The notes: a model not told the origin generated them from the sequence alone. A DNA stretch of 64,000 nucleotides from an uncultured Nitrososphaeraceae archaeon (GCA_963729045.1 CAVSMN010000015.1:64001-128000); one strand, 5' to 3'; positions 44,598 through 56,635 are shown, counted from the first letter of the stretch. A program made the numbers and translations.

Positions 44598-44948
44598 GTG
44601 ACAATATATACAGATTCATTAACCAATCTTTCAAGATATAAGAATGATTTCTACAGGATTGCTGTTTCCTCTACACTGCCCTTTGAACTACAGCATAAAA
44701 TGGATGCTTGGTTTTATGATTTATCCCCATCTAAGAGTTTGGCTGATAAGTTTGAACGTGAGGAACTCGATATTAATGAGTATACGGATTTGTATCAAAA
44801 AGAAATGAATGCTATTCCAGCTATTTCTAATATAAAATGGATAAAAGATTATTCAAGAAGGAATGATGTTGTGTTACTTTGTTATGAACCGGAAAATATA
44901 AACAAATGTCACCGTCATATTTTGAAACAGATCATTGAACAATCTTAG
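44598..44948 (+). CDS. DUF488-family protein
   Basis: W..LSPS..L, Y..EM and VVLLCYE..CHRHIL. Confidence 0.75.
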   Translation: MTIYTDSLTNLSRYKNDFYRIAVSSTLPFELQHKMDAWFYDLSPSKSLADKFEREELDINEYTDLYQKEMNAIPAISNIKWIKDYSRRNDVVLLCYEPENINKCHRHILKQIIEQS

Positions 44949-45100
44949 GTTGATTAAACTAATGTAATCGAATAATGGCTAATATGACTTTTGTTAATCA
45001 ATAATCATCAATGTTGAAATTTTTTCAACAATGTCTATCATGAATCTGTTATTTGTAGACTTTTGATTATATTTTTATGTAACGAAAATTAAAATCAATA

Positions 45101-45307
45101 ATGGTTTACAAATATATTGAAATAGTGGGTACGTCGCCAACTGGAATAAATGAAGCTGTCAACAACGCATTTAAGGAAGCGTCTAAAACCGTAAAGAATA
45201 TTCAATGGGGTGAGATGGGGAGAGTTACCTTTAGGTTAGATGAAAATCAGCAAATTGAATATCAGGTAGAAGTTAGAATAGGATTTAAAATAGAAAGGGT
45301 GGACTAG
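45101..45307 (+). CDS. Dodecin (flavin-binding)
   Basis: YKYIEIVGTS..I.EA..NA...ASKT..YQV...IGF. Confidence 0.92.
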   Translation: MVYKYIEIVGTSPTGINEAVNNAFKEASKTVKNIQWGEMGRVTFRLDENQQIEYQVEVRIGFKIERVD

Positions 45308-45362
45308 AATAATTTAGAAATTTTATTTATTAGGAAGGCAGGTCGTAACAAAATCACTGAAT

Positions 45363-45737
45363 CTACCTAGGTTCACTCAACCTGCTTTCAATGATCTCCA
45401 AAAAATTATCTTTATTAATAGGTTTTCTGATTATGCAGTTAAAACTCAAATCTGAATACGACTTTATAATAGATTGGTAATATTCCTCAAATGCGGTAGC
45501 TAGACAAATCCTAATCTTACTATCCATTATTCTAATCCTACTAGCCAATTCAAAACCGTTTATTCTAGGCATTCGTATGTCGGTTATAAGGAGATCATAA
45601 ATTCCAGGCTCAAATTCCTCTAATAGGGAGTTCGGATCATTGTAAATATTAACTTGGTATCCCTTATCTTCTAAACAAATTTTAAAGAATAATGCTGTTC
45701 CTACATCATCATCTATTACTATGATATTATTTCCCAT
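45363..45737 (-). CDS. Stand-alone response regulator receiver
   Basis: DDD, phospho-acceptor D in ITDIRMP, NG.EL, TA and KP. Confidence 0.92.
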   Translation of the reverse strand: MGNNIIVIDDDVGTALFFKICLEDKGYQVNIYNDPNSLLEEFEPGIYDLLITDIRMPRINGFELASRIRIMDSKIRICLATAFEEYYQSIIKSYSDLSFNCIIRKPINKDNFLEIIESRLSEPR

Positions 45738-45860
45738 TATAGAATATTTTATTGAATGTCATACCAACTAAAATATTTTTACATTTCTAAACCTCAATGT
45801 TATCAAATCCATGGTTATATTCTCATTTTCGAAAATGGATTAAAGGAAATTCTTCCAAGC

Positions 45861-46995
45861 CTAGAAAAATAATACCTTTATGAACCATGCAATCCATTTC
45901 TTATTCAATAGATCATTCACAAAGTCAAACATTGATTTTGTTATTGGTAAATTAGTGTGTTTTTCAATCCAATTCCAGTCACCTATAGGATTAATTTCGA
46001 GAAAAAGTAATTCTCCATTTTTACCTTGAACAAAATCTATGCTTGAAACTAGTAATCCTAATTTTCTATTTAGTTTAATACATAGCTTTTCCATTTTTTT
46101 GCCGAGATTAATTTCAGAAAATATTAACTCTTTTTCCTTTATTTTGTGTAAATCAGAAAAATTGCGCTTTTCTTTAATTGTTGAAATTCTACATGAAAAT
46201 GTCTTGTCATTTACCACAGTTACCCGGATTTCTGAATCATTCTCTATTTTCTTTTGAAAAATTACTGGTGCATAGGTTAACTCGTTGAATTTTGATAAAT
46301 GACTGGTTTCAATGTTATTGGTTAGGAACCTATATGATTTTTGGTTTAAGATAAATCTCGTGATGATGAAGTACCTTGACGATAGTAGATTTAGGAAACC
46401 TCTTAAAAAACTTTTTAGCTGCCTCCATTTCATTGGTTATTAATGTCTCTGGAATGCTAAAACCGAGCCGTTGTGCCGACAGTAGCTGATTCAATCTATT
46501 TTCAGACTCAAAAGTTCTTTGTGGATTATTTATCCATAAAGCGTCTAGAGCTATTGGTAGACAGTTAAAGGCTTGATACCATTGTTGGGCGAAATACATT
46601 TGATATACGCCTCCTGAATAATAATTCAAAAATTTTGGATCAAAATATCTAAATAATATTATCTTAATTTCATCAGGATTGAATTTTCTATTTCCCAAGT
46701 GTAGCACGGAGTCATTGAATTTTCCAATTTTGAATTCAAAATGAAAATTTAAAGGTATATCCTCTTCTGTTATTTTTACATAATCAATTCCATTTTTGAG
46801 GAATTGGATGCCAAGCAAATCCGATTCTATGTCTATTTTCTTAGTTAATATCAATACTTTTGGACTAGTGCTTGAGTTTCCTTTTTTGGAAATATTTAGC
46901 CGTTCAATTAGTTCTAAGGGATTTGTGTTATTCATGAGGATTCTTTTATAGTTTAATTTCTCTATAAAATTAAAAACAAAAGGCTGATTAGACAC
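45861..46995 (-). CDS. MvdC/MvdD-like (graspetide-type) ATP-grasp ligase with N-terminal extension, +1 frameshift at about 46346
   Basis: VLILT..D..D, WINNP, QL..A..LGF.IPETLITN, PVIFQ..I..EIRVTVV and FLEINP.G.W.WIE. GTG start has a TTTTTATA box about 21-28 bp upstream. Confidence 0.85.
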
Positions 46996-47161
46996 ACTTA
47001 CGTTAATTTCAACAATATAAAAATTTTATCTCCTTTTTTCTGGTGATAAAGTCAACGAGATAAGTTTATTTAATTATTGGACTTATAAAATTATATAACA
47101 ATCATCAATGATTCTAATCCGCAATCAGGAAAACCTGAAACTGTAGTTATTTGTTACTTGT

Positions 47162-48546
47162 GTGGAAAACATATTAAAAATAATGATGATTTGTTCATTG
47201 AGGAAATTAGTAAAGGGGATGAAAGGTTTCATCACAAGCATTGTTATACCTTTTATAATAGACTTGTCTCTGTTTACGGAAAAGATTTTTCGCGAGATGG
47301 GTCTGGATGAAATTAATTGGGGAGCTAGATCGGGCAACCTTGTTCAATTGTCTTTGTTTGATATCAAAAGAACAAAATTCAGTAGTTCAGAGGTTGTTTC
47401 AGACTTTTCGATCTTTAAGCGGAGACTAGTAGATGAAGTTTATGAAACTAAAGATGAATTACAGATGGTGTGTTCGAGTACTGGTATATTTGACCAGTTT
47501 ATTGAAGCTTTGGAGGGGTTGTTCTTACGCATTAGAAAAAACGATAACTTATGCACCAAAGATAAGATTGTTATTTCCTAAAAGCAAAAAGGTATCTTCA
47601 TTCTTGGAAAAATCAAACATTTCTGAGCTTCCTTCTGTCGAGATACAGCATATTCACGAAGATGAGTTTCAATACTTCATTGCTGGAGTAGACAAATCTA
47701 TATCTCTATTTTCTGAACTGAAGAGTAACTTTGAGATAGGAATCAATGATTCGTTTTTCAATGTGATTTCTTTAAAGGATTCTGTAATTTGGCATAATTC
47801 AGCTATTTTTGAAAGTCTTTGGAAGCAGTCTATACTAGAAAATAGAGTAAAAGATCTATCTAATGAATTGACTAAGAATAATATTTCAAATCATAACTTT
47901 GTTCGAATTCTTGCTCATGAATTAAAAAACCCAATTCAACCAATTCTTGGTTTTTCAGATATGATTCAAAATAATAAGAGACTAAATTCTGATCAAAAAA
48001 ATGAACTGTTGAAAATTATTTCTCGAAATGCTAGAAAATTGGATATCATGACAAATAACATTCTTGATTATGCCAGAATGGAAAATAATATTTTTAATTT
48101 AAACCTTGAACTCTTTGATATCGTCCAGGTCAGCGAGGAATTGATTAAGTGATTACACTATTCAAGTAAACAAAAAGAACATCAAGTTAGACTTGGATAC
48201 TTCATCCAAAAAAATTATAATACATGCTGACAAAATACGAATCATTGAAGTGCTAGACAATTTGTTAAGCAACTCAATAAAGTTTACTGAGAGGGGGCAA
48301 ATCGCAATCTCTATCCAGCAAAACACTCACCACGTAGTAATCACGATTACGGATACTGGATCCGGTATAGATGAAGAAGATCATAAAAAAATATTTTCCA
48401 AATTCTACACTACTGATAAACTTGGAACGGGACTGGGACTATACATATCACGAATAATAGTAGAAAAGCATTTGGGCAGAATTGAAGGGAGAAATAACAA
48501 GAACGGGGTCGGAAGTACATTTACAATCGAATTACCCGTAAAATAG
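47162..48546 (+). CDS. Sensor histidine kinase, split by frameshifts (about 47555 and 48148)
   Basis: AHELKNPIQPI H-box, NLLSNSIKFT N-box, DTGSGI, and GTGLGL G-boxes. Confidence 0.88.
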
Positions 48547-48635
48547 TTTGTTGCTCATATCTTAAATTTATAATTTAGCCACAACTACAATTATGTTTCA
48601 AAAAGTTTTTTAAATGAACTTTTAAAGTACATTGA

Positions 48636-49491
48636 TTGGGTAAATGTATATCCTTTCATTCTTACAAAGGCGGAACTGGCAAGACCACATTAGCTGCCAA
48701 TTTTTCTTATCTCTTGGCTTCAAAGGGTTACAAAGTTTATCTGCTTGATCTTGATTTTTATGCTCCTAGCCTTTACTCTTATTTTAATTTCGAACCAAAG
48801 TTTTGGATTAATGATTATTTAAGAAATAAAGCAGATTTGGATGATATCATGATCGACTCTCGTTCTCTAATCGATTTCAAATTCGAGGGAAATTTGTCAG
48901 TAGGGTTTTCTAAAGGCGGAAAAGAGGATATATATCAACTCGAAGGTAGTTTGCTCAATGATAAGGAACAACAAGTACGACAGTTCAGAAATTTTATTGC
49001 TATGCGTGAAGACCTGTTAGTCAATAAGGAAGCCGATTTTATAGTAATGGATACGAGTCCTGGTATAAGGTATTGGTCAATTAATTCTATAGTGATTTCT
49101 GATATAGTCTTGCTAACGTTAAAAATGGGTGATTTAGACTTGAGAGGAACAATTAAAATGATTAAAGAGATTTACTCCTCTTTAATCGAACATGGTTCGG
49201 TTTGCAAATTGTTGTTGAATAGGGTTGCCGGATATTGTGTGCCTCATTCAGACATTGACTCCGCCAATAAAAATATCATGAGTGGTGACTCAGTCTTTAA
49301 GAATAAGATAGACCATGAATTAGAAAAGACTTGTAAACGGATTAGTTAAGGTAGATACATTACTAGAGATTCCATGTTACTGTGACATCCAATTTAAGGA
49401 AAAGGAATTTTTGACCATACATGAATTTCCAGAACATCCATTTACGACAAAGATAAAAGATCTGGTTAATCAAGTAGAAAATTTAGACTAG
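48636..49491 (+). CDS. MinD/ParA-family ATPase, frameshifted near 49330-49350
   Basis: Deviant Walker A KGGTGKTT, DLD and DTSPG; C-terminus continues in another frame (IPCYCDIQF...HPF) to TAG 49489-49491. Confidence 0.85.
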
Positions 49492-49494
49492 ATT

Positions 49495-50865
49495 TTATTT
49501 TTTGTTACCTTTGTTGAAAATACTAATTGCTTCGTCCAAGTAACTTTTTAGATCTTCCTCTGTTTCCATGGTTTCTGAGTTCACTTTTTTGATGAATTTC
49601 TTCAGAATATTTCTTAGTCATTGCTAAAACCTTTTCCTTCATATTATCGATCATTTGAGATTGAGCTAGATTTCCCATGATTTCTAATTCTTTATATGCT
49701 GAATTCTTGATATATTTTCTAACACGAATGTCGTTTGAAATGGCAATGATTGAATAGTATATCCCTACATAGAACAATAGAGAGGCAAATGGGAGAAAAA
49801 TTATGCTTGGAATACCAAAGGGGGGAAAACTTGCGCCCACTATTGTTGCATTGGCCATAATAAAGAATAAAATGATGCCGTAGGATGCCATATTTAAATA
49901 CCTTTCAATATTTGGAGACATTTTTAGCAAATTTGCAACTGACTTGAATCCTATTCCATAAAGTATTCCACACAATGCTATCTGAAAACATTACTATGAA
50001 AATTTGAAGCATAAATACAATACTCTCATCAAAATTCAAATTCTCAGTTAATGAATAAAGTTCATCATAATGGTAAATGAATACAAAGAAGAATAAAATT
50101 AAGGGAAGAGTGATCAGTGTGAAAAATTTAATTTTTCCAATCTTATTGATTTGATAATGTAATAGAAAATAATTACAAATCCAAAATAATGAGAAATAGA
50201 TCATCAGTGTATATGATTGAATATTTATTACACTTTCTTTAAAAACACAATAGAGGATATCATCATCGCATTCAAAATTGAAAACAACTGGGGTGGAATA
50301 ATCTATTTGAAAAGGCTTTTCAGAAAGCAAAGTTGCAAAGAGAAATATGGATACCAAATTATTAATAAAAATAAAAAAGATGGATAAACCAAATAAGAAT
50401 GAAAACTTATTCTTATTTTCTTTATACCATGAAAATAATTTGAAACTAACAAATAAGACTCATTATTATACTGGAGCCATAACTAACTATCATTATTGAG
50501 GTCAAATTTATTGTATAATATTTGTGTTCAATAATGATATCAAACAGTAAAAATGCTGATAGAGAAATACAAGATTACTTGCATTATTCTGAAACAGAAT
50601 TTTGTATCGACTAAAAATTGATTTCTTTGTTGTCTAATATTTTCCGAATATTAGTCATTACTAGATAACTTCCAATAGACTTAGCGATCATAATACCTAC
50701 AAAAAAGCGCCTACCAGTTGTTGACTGGATAAAATCAATTGCTACATCTGATATTGAACTCAAATAAGAATCAACAAATAATAGCAAAATGAAAACTGAA
50801 ATTGAAGTCGTAGTTATTTTTGAATTCTTTAGGTATGGAAACGAATGATACCATAGAGTCTTCAA
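49495..50865 (-). CDS. Multi-pass membrane protein, fragmented by several frameshifts
   Basis: Three consecutive hydrophobic ORFs on the same strand (FPPFG motif; soluble C-terminal ..EEDLKSYLDEA tail in a shifted frame). Confidence 0.6.
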
Positions 50866-52507
50866 TAAATAGCATACTTTGATTCTCCTATTTGAATTTT
50901 TAATTAATTCTCTATTATTGACAGTTCACAATATACAAACTTGAATAAAGATCTTCATTAATATTATAGCTTTTCATTAATTAGATAAATGTTGCACCAA
51001 TAACTATTCATTTATATTTTATGTAGATGTTTCATCTAGATCTATATTAAATTCAGTCCAGGAATATCAAGACATTCTTGATATCATAGCTCTCAATAGG
51101 ATTCATACTGTCTAAACTGAAAGCCTATTTAAATTATCTAGAAAAGATAAGATTTCATAGTCATTACAATTATATTTGATCAACTTGTATCTCAAAATAA
51201 TTCGTCAGAAGTACTTCTATAAGATCCTGATATCAGCATGAATAAGAGTCTATATATGATACACCATATATTCCTAGTAACCTTTATACATATATAACAG
51301 CAATCCCTTCTAAATCGAAGCATCTTGTATTACAGATGAATTTCATGACAATTTTGATTCCTGGTTTTTGCCACATATTATACATCTCTTATCTTTCATT
51401 TATAGTGAATTACTTTAAACTATACATTAGAATATTCACTTAAAATTCTTCTTCGATAATCTTAAATATTCGATTAATCTATTACTTTCTTTAACGGGAA
51501 TGGAAATAAAGCCGGATCTATTATATCCTCTTGCAAACTTGTTAATTTCTTCAATTTGTTCCAGTGTAAGGCCATTTGCTGGATTTCATAGGGTTTATTA
51601 TCTATTTGAGCTTGTAAAATATTAGCTATTTCTTTAGTAAATTTATTCATACACTATATAAGCATCTAATAAAACTTATGAGTTATCATTATAGTAACAG
51701 AGTTCAATATTGTTTCAATGATCCTAATAAGGTTCGATCATTCAATAATCATTTAAATGATTCAAAATAGTTTGTATAAACTATTTTGGCGATCATTCGC
51801 AAACTATCATCTATTAACAATTCCTTATTTATTTAAACTTTTAATTCCCAATAGATGCTTTTGCCAAGAGAAGACAAAAGTCTTAATGTGTTCTCAAATA
51901 TGAAGCATTTTCTAATTTCTATCCATTACGTAATTTGATTTGAAGATCAAAAAGAGTTTATTTTTGGAACAATGTTGATGAATCACTGAAATTATCATTA
52001 TCAAATAAACATGAGGAAATAGAAGAGGCGGATATGTTGCTATCAATATCTTAAATGAAGTAACGTAATCTATCGTTCTAATATGACCAAACTTAGTTCT
52101 GTATTTTATTATATTTAATAAATAGAACGATATTCGTTCAAGTTTTTAATAACACTTTTAACATTATTAGAAAAATTTCTTTCATGCTAAAATATGTTTA
52201 ACTAACTTTATAATGTTAGAATTTGTATTGGTTTTTTTAAAATATTTCCATTCCATTCATGGGCAATTTAACTTCTAGAGACCAGATATTGCTCTCCAAC
52301 CACCTAAAATGCACATAAGAGTGTTCAAGTGCTCTGTCAATATATGTGAATTATTACCAAATAGATGCTATTATTTGGTTGTACGAATTCTAAACTTTAT
52401 TGTAAATTAATATGAGTTTTATATCATACCAGAGAGATCTTTCATTCGTCATATAGAATTACTATAATGGTTAAATAAATGATAGAGGTAATATGAATTG
52501 ACATTAT

Positions 52508-54610
52508 TTGGATGGAAATTATAAAATTAACAATATCCCTAGAGATAAGATAAGGGACAATAATACTGCTAATTCGAATACCGATAATAATGATGCGGAT
52601 ATCGAAAATACTGCCGATGACAATGGCGAAATTTCTAAAAAGGACGACTCTCTTGAAAATTCAGATCCTTCTTTACGAAATTCTATCGATGAAATTACCG
52701 CTATGATAAACGCCAAGATCAGAAACTCTGATATCTCTACAAAACACAAGGAGTCGATAGAAACTCAATTAGAGGTATTGGCAAATTTAATTAAATCATT
52801 ACCGTCCAAGAATAACAGTACTTCTACCAAAGATGGTTCTATTCTTTCTAACCCTGATGACCAAAAAACCGCCACTTCTTTTGATCAGAACACCGAGATG
52901 AACCCACAATATGCAGATGGTTCTATTCTTTCTAACCCTGATGACCAAAAAACCGCCACTTCTTTTGATCAGAACACCGAGATGAACCCACAATATGCAG
53001 ATGCCTACAACAACAAAGGCTTGTCTTTGTATTATTTAGGGGATAACCAAGAAGCCATAGCCTGCTACGACAAAGCCATCGAAATAAACCCAGAGTATGA
53101 TCTTGCATTTTACAACAAGGGTATAGCCTTGTCCGTTACTGGAAATAACCAAGAAGCCATAGCCTGCTACGACAAAGCCATCGAAATAAACCCACAATAT
53201 GCAGATGCCTACAACAACAAAGGCTTGTCTTTGTATTATTTAGGGGATAACCAAGAAGCCATAGCCTGCTACGACAAAGCCATCGAAATAAACCCAGAGT
53301 ATGATCTTGCATTTTACAACAAGGGTATAGCCTTGTCCGTTACTGGAAATAACCAAGAAGCCATAGCCTGCTACGACAAAGCCATCGAAATAAACCCACA
53401 ATATGCAGATGCCTACAACAACAAAGGCTTGTCTTTGTATTATTTAGGGGATAACCAAGAAGCCATAGCCTGCTACGACAAAGCCATCGAAATAAACCCA
53501 CAATATGCAGATGCCTACAACAACAAAGGCTTGTCTTTGTACTATATTGGAAGTCAGGATGCCATAGCCTGCTACGACAAAGCCATCGAAATAAACCCCA
53601 AGTATGATCTTGCATTTTGCAACAAAGGTTTAGTGTTGGCAGTTACTGGAAATAACCAAGAAGCCATAGCCTGCTACGACAAAGCCATCGAAATAAACCC
53701 ACAATATGCAGATGCCTACAACAACAAAGGCTTGTCTTTGTATTATTTAGGGGATAACCAAGAAGCCATAGCCTGCTACGACAAAGCCATCGAAATAAAC
53801 CCCTACTACGCAGATGCATTCTACAATAAAGGAATGGCCCTTTCGGCCACATCTAAATTTGCAGAAGCCATCACATCTTTTGATAAGGCAATCGAAATAA
53901 ACCCCTACTACGCAGATGCATTCTACAATAAAGGAATGGCCCTTTCGGCCACATCTAAATTTGCAGAAGCCATCACATCTTTTGATAAGGCAATCGAAAT
54001 AAACCCCTACTACGCAGATGCATTCTACAATAAAGGAATGGCCCTTTCGGCCACATCTAAATTTGCAGAAGCCATCACATCTTTTGATAAGGCAATCGAA
54101 ATAAACCCCTACTACGCAGATGCATTCTACAATAAAGGAATGGCCCTTTCGGCCACATCTAAATTTGCAGAAGCCATCTTCTCATACGAAAAAACTCTGG
54201 AAATTGATTCTGATAACGTAAAAGCACTAAATGGAAAGTCGTGGATACTCGCAAATCAATTTCCTACTCGCATTAACGAAGCATTGGAAACAATAAAGCG
54301 AGCATTAGGAATCGATCCAACGGATATAGATATCCTATATACATATGGATTCATTATGGAGCACTTGGGATCTTATAAAGAATCAGTCTCAATTTACAAC
54401 CACATTTTAAAACAAGATCCCTTGATACCCGAAGTTTGGTATAGATGCTTTGTATCTAAAACAAAATCAAAAGATGACGACTTACCTGACTCTGTGTTTT
54501 ACTTGAATCAAGCAATTGATCTAAACCCCGAATACGCAGTTATGTCAAAGACCGAAGGACAAAAAAAAATGTCAGGGAATGAGGCACACTATTCTATTCC
54601 TATCATGTAA
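52508..54610 (+). CDS. TPR-repeat protein with about 12 near-identical tandem TPRs
   Basis: 34-aa units such as YADAYNNKG..EAIACYDKAIEINP. Confidence 0.92.
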   Translation: MDGNYKINNIPRDKIRDNNTANSNTDNNDADIENTADDNGEISKKDDSLENSDPSLRNSIDEITAMINAKIRNSDISTKHKESIETQLEVLANLIKSLPSKNNSTSTKDGSILSNPDDQKTATSFDQNTEMNPQYADGSILSNPDDQKTATSFDQNTEMNPQYADAYNNKGLSLYYLGDNQEAIACYDKAIEINPEYDLAFYNKGIALSVTGNNQEAIACYDKAIEINPQYADAYNNKGLSLYYLGDNQEAIACYDKAIEINPEYDLAFYNKGIALSVTGNNQEAIACYDKAIEINPQYADAYNNKGLSLYYLGDNQEAIACYDKAIEINPQYADAYNNKGLSLYYIGSQDAIACYDKAIEINPKYDLAFCNKGLVLAVTGNNQEAIACYDKAIEINPQYADAYNNKGLSLYYLGDNQEAIACYDKAIEINPYYADAFYNKGMALSATSKFAEAITSFDKAIEINPYYADAFYNKGMALSATSKFAEAITSFDKAIEINPYYADAFYNKGMALSATSKFAEAITSFDKAIEINPYYADAFYNKGMALSATSKFAEAIFSYEKTLEIDSDNVKALNGKSWILANQFPTRINEALETIKRALGIDPTDIDILYTYGFIMEHLGSYKESVSIYNHILKQDPLIPEVWYRCFVSKTKSKDDDLPDSVFYLNQAIDLNPEYAVMSKTEGQKKMSGNEAHYSIPIM
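52831..53003. repeat. 84-bp exact tandem duplication
   Basis: DGSILSNPDDQKTATSFDQNTEMNPQYA occurs twice, identical at DNA level. Confidence 0.9.
52994..54178. repeat. 102-bp tandem repeat array, unit order A-B-A-B-A-A'-B'-A-C-C-C-C'
   Basis: Units of the same type are near-identical in DNA; C units start at 53804, 53906, 54008 and 54110. Confidence 0.92.
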
Positions 54611-54957
54611 TAATATAGCGGAGGATCTCAGATCAGCATGGTGATTTTCACTAGAAACTAATTGTATTCATGTCTTTAAATAGACAAGAATTTTGTTTGA
54701 TTATGCCGTCTAAAAGCGAATTATTTCTTACTCAAATTTTAAGATATATTTTTCATTACTATCGATGAATTTATTCAATAAATAAAATAAATTGTTTCCA
54801 TGAAAAATATTTGCTAATACATTATGCTAATTTATCTAGTCTTGAATGATGGGTATTTTGTGACATGTTGGTATGATACCAGGTTCCATGTTTCATATTC
54901 GAGAGAAAAGAACAAAAATTAATAACATGAAACGTATTTGATATTAATTGAGTATTA

Positions 54958-55350
54958 TTGGATTTTAATAATGAAGATTTCGCAAACAATCACTGCAAAC
55001 ACATAAGGGAGTTGGATCCACTAATCCGGTTTGTAGGCATAGCAAACAGGATGGGTACATTGGTGGGAACTTCCTATCGAGAACATTTGAATGTACTTAT
55101 GAATGACGATGAGACAAAGCTCTATGCCATGCAGGCAGTATTTCGAGCTGAAATTCGTGAAGATTTTCAGAAAAATCTAGGTGATCTAAATTATTCAGTG
55201 GGCAAGTATGACAAACTAATACGTGCTACAATTCCATTAAAGAGTGTTAGTGAAAACAAATATTATATCTTGATCTCATTGGATGTCGAAGCCAATTCAA
55301 TATTCATTATTGAAAACAAAGTTCTACAGTACATTAAACTACTTACTTAG
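54958..55350 (+). CDS. Roadblock/profilin-like thaumarchaeal protein (DUF6659-like)
   Basis: IRFVGIAN..G.LV..YRE and LG.L.YS...YDKL.R.TIPL pattern. Confidence 0.6.
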   Translation: MDFNNEDFANNHCKHIRELDPLIRFVGIANRMGTLVGTSYREHLNVLMNDDETKLYAMQAVFRAEIREDFQKNLGDLNYSVGKYDKLIRATIPLKSVSENKYYILISLDVEANSIFIIENKVLQYIKLLT

Positions 55351-55510
55351 GAGTAATTTAATATGCAGTAAACCGGGCAATAAGGTTGACTGATTTGAAA
55401 AGCGGTTTATCCTTTAATAATCAAATAAATCTAACCTAAGTTGCAATTATTCGATTCTTATATACGTAAAATTACCAATTGTTATAAGGGTTGGTGTAGT
55501 TATTATAAGC

Positions 55511-55642
55511 ATGAGACAAAAATTTTCAGCGGGAAGTAAATGTGAGTGTTTTTGCCATGGGAAAGAGGGCATTACAGAATATTGTGGTTATTGTTCTTCT
55601 TCACATCGTAGAATGAATACAAATCAAAGACCCAGAAGGTAG
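55511..55642 (+). CDS. 43-aa Cys/His-rich microprotein (not in ORF track)
   Basis: MRQKFSAGSKCECFCHGKEGITEYCGYCSSSHRRMNTNQRPRR*; TTATAA box about 25 bp upstream. Confidence 0.55.
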   Translation: MRQKFSAGSKCECFCHGKEGITEYCGYCSSSHRRMNTNQRPRR

Positions 55643-55941
55643 CTATATTCTTTTTGAGAAGATGACTACTTGAAAACTTGTAAACCTGAATGACTTATTG
55701 ATATCCGTTTTATATAATTGAGTGTCTTTTCAAGATAATCAGTTACTTTAATTTATGGATCGAGGAATCAATTAAGAAACTTTTATAAAAGTTCTCTATT
55801 TTTATTAACCTGATACACAGTCTGAACCATTAAACCAATAACTTTTAGATGAGCAGATGCCTGGTTTGATACGTTGTGCTCAGGAAGTTCTTTTTGGAAG
55901 GTTTTGGTTAGTTAGGTATTAGGCTGATGTTATTTGACCAT

Positions 55942-56259
55942 TCATATTTCTTTCCAATGCTTTTCTAAATCACCGAGTCTATTCATTGCATCGAGATTAT
56001 TCTGTAAATCGCAGAATACTGGCTCATTTCGGATTTTTACAAACACTTCAATAACTTGATCATTAGTAACGCCATGTTTGATGTCATAATGGATATTTCT
56101 AATTATATTTGATAATTTGCCATATTTTTTGTGTTTCCTTATCTCCCATTTCGATGCATCCTCAGGGAGTCCTTTAACATATTTTATAACGGTTTTTTCC
56201 ATATTTTCAATATGCCAGCTTTTTAGGGGAAAATTATTTTGGGTCAAAAAATCATCCAT
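55942..56259 (-). CDS. Hypothetical protein
   Basis: 105-aa ORF with ATG start; no recognised motif. Confidence 0.6.
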   Translation of the reverse strand: MDDFLTQNNFPLKSWHIENMEKTVIKYVKGLPEDASKWEIRKHKKYGKLSNIIRNIHYDIKHGVTNDQVIEVFVKIRNEPVFCDLQNNLDAMNRLGDLEKHWKEI

Positions 56260-56635
56260 TATACTATATATAAAGAGGTATATAATGTTGACAAATTATT
56301 TCCGTTTCTCGTCAATAAATTTGGTCGCCATTTACTGGTTTATGTGAATTTTTGACATAATTTCATCTTCATTATGCAGACAAGATTTCTCTATCGAGCA
56401 CGTGAAGGTTCTATGTGAAACAAATTCATTTTATCAATAAATCCTAATCATCAAAATATATTTACGTCAGGTAAATGGTATTTCTAAAATCACCTTTTTC
56501 ATTCTGGTCTACTCAAGTGGCCTAATTACAATGTTGAAGGAAAAAACATTAGGATTTACTTGTAGTGATCCCTTTACATGCGATTTCATTTGGGTTACTA
56601 AACTAATAATCAACATATAGTAAATTGGTAACCTG

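Noticed and set aside
47125..47337. Minus-strand ORF with KPFIPFTNFL upstream of the ATP-grasp gene as a graspetide precursor
   Set aside because: It is antisense to the histidine kinase 5' region and lacks the Asp/Glu acceptors needed in a core peptide.
51064..51084. 9-bp inverted repeat ATATCAAGA-cat-TCTTGATAT
   Set aside because: Single AT-rich instance that cannot be tied to a promoter or a second site.
52831..54178. Regular repeats resembling a CRISPR array
   Set aside because: Units are in-frame 102-bp TPR coding repeats with no unique spacers, and there are no cas genes.
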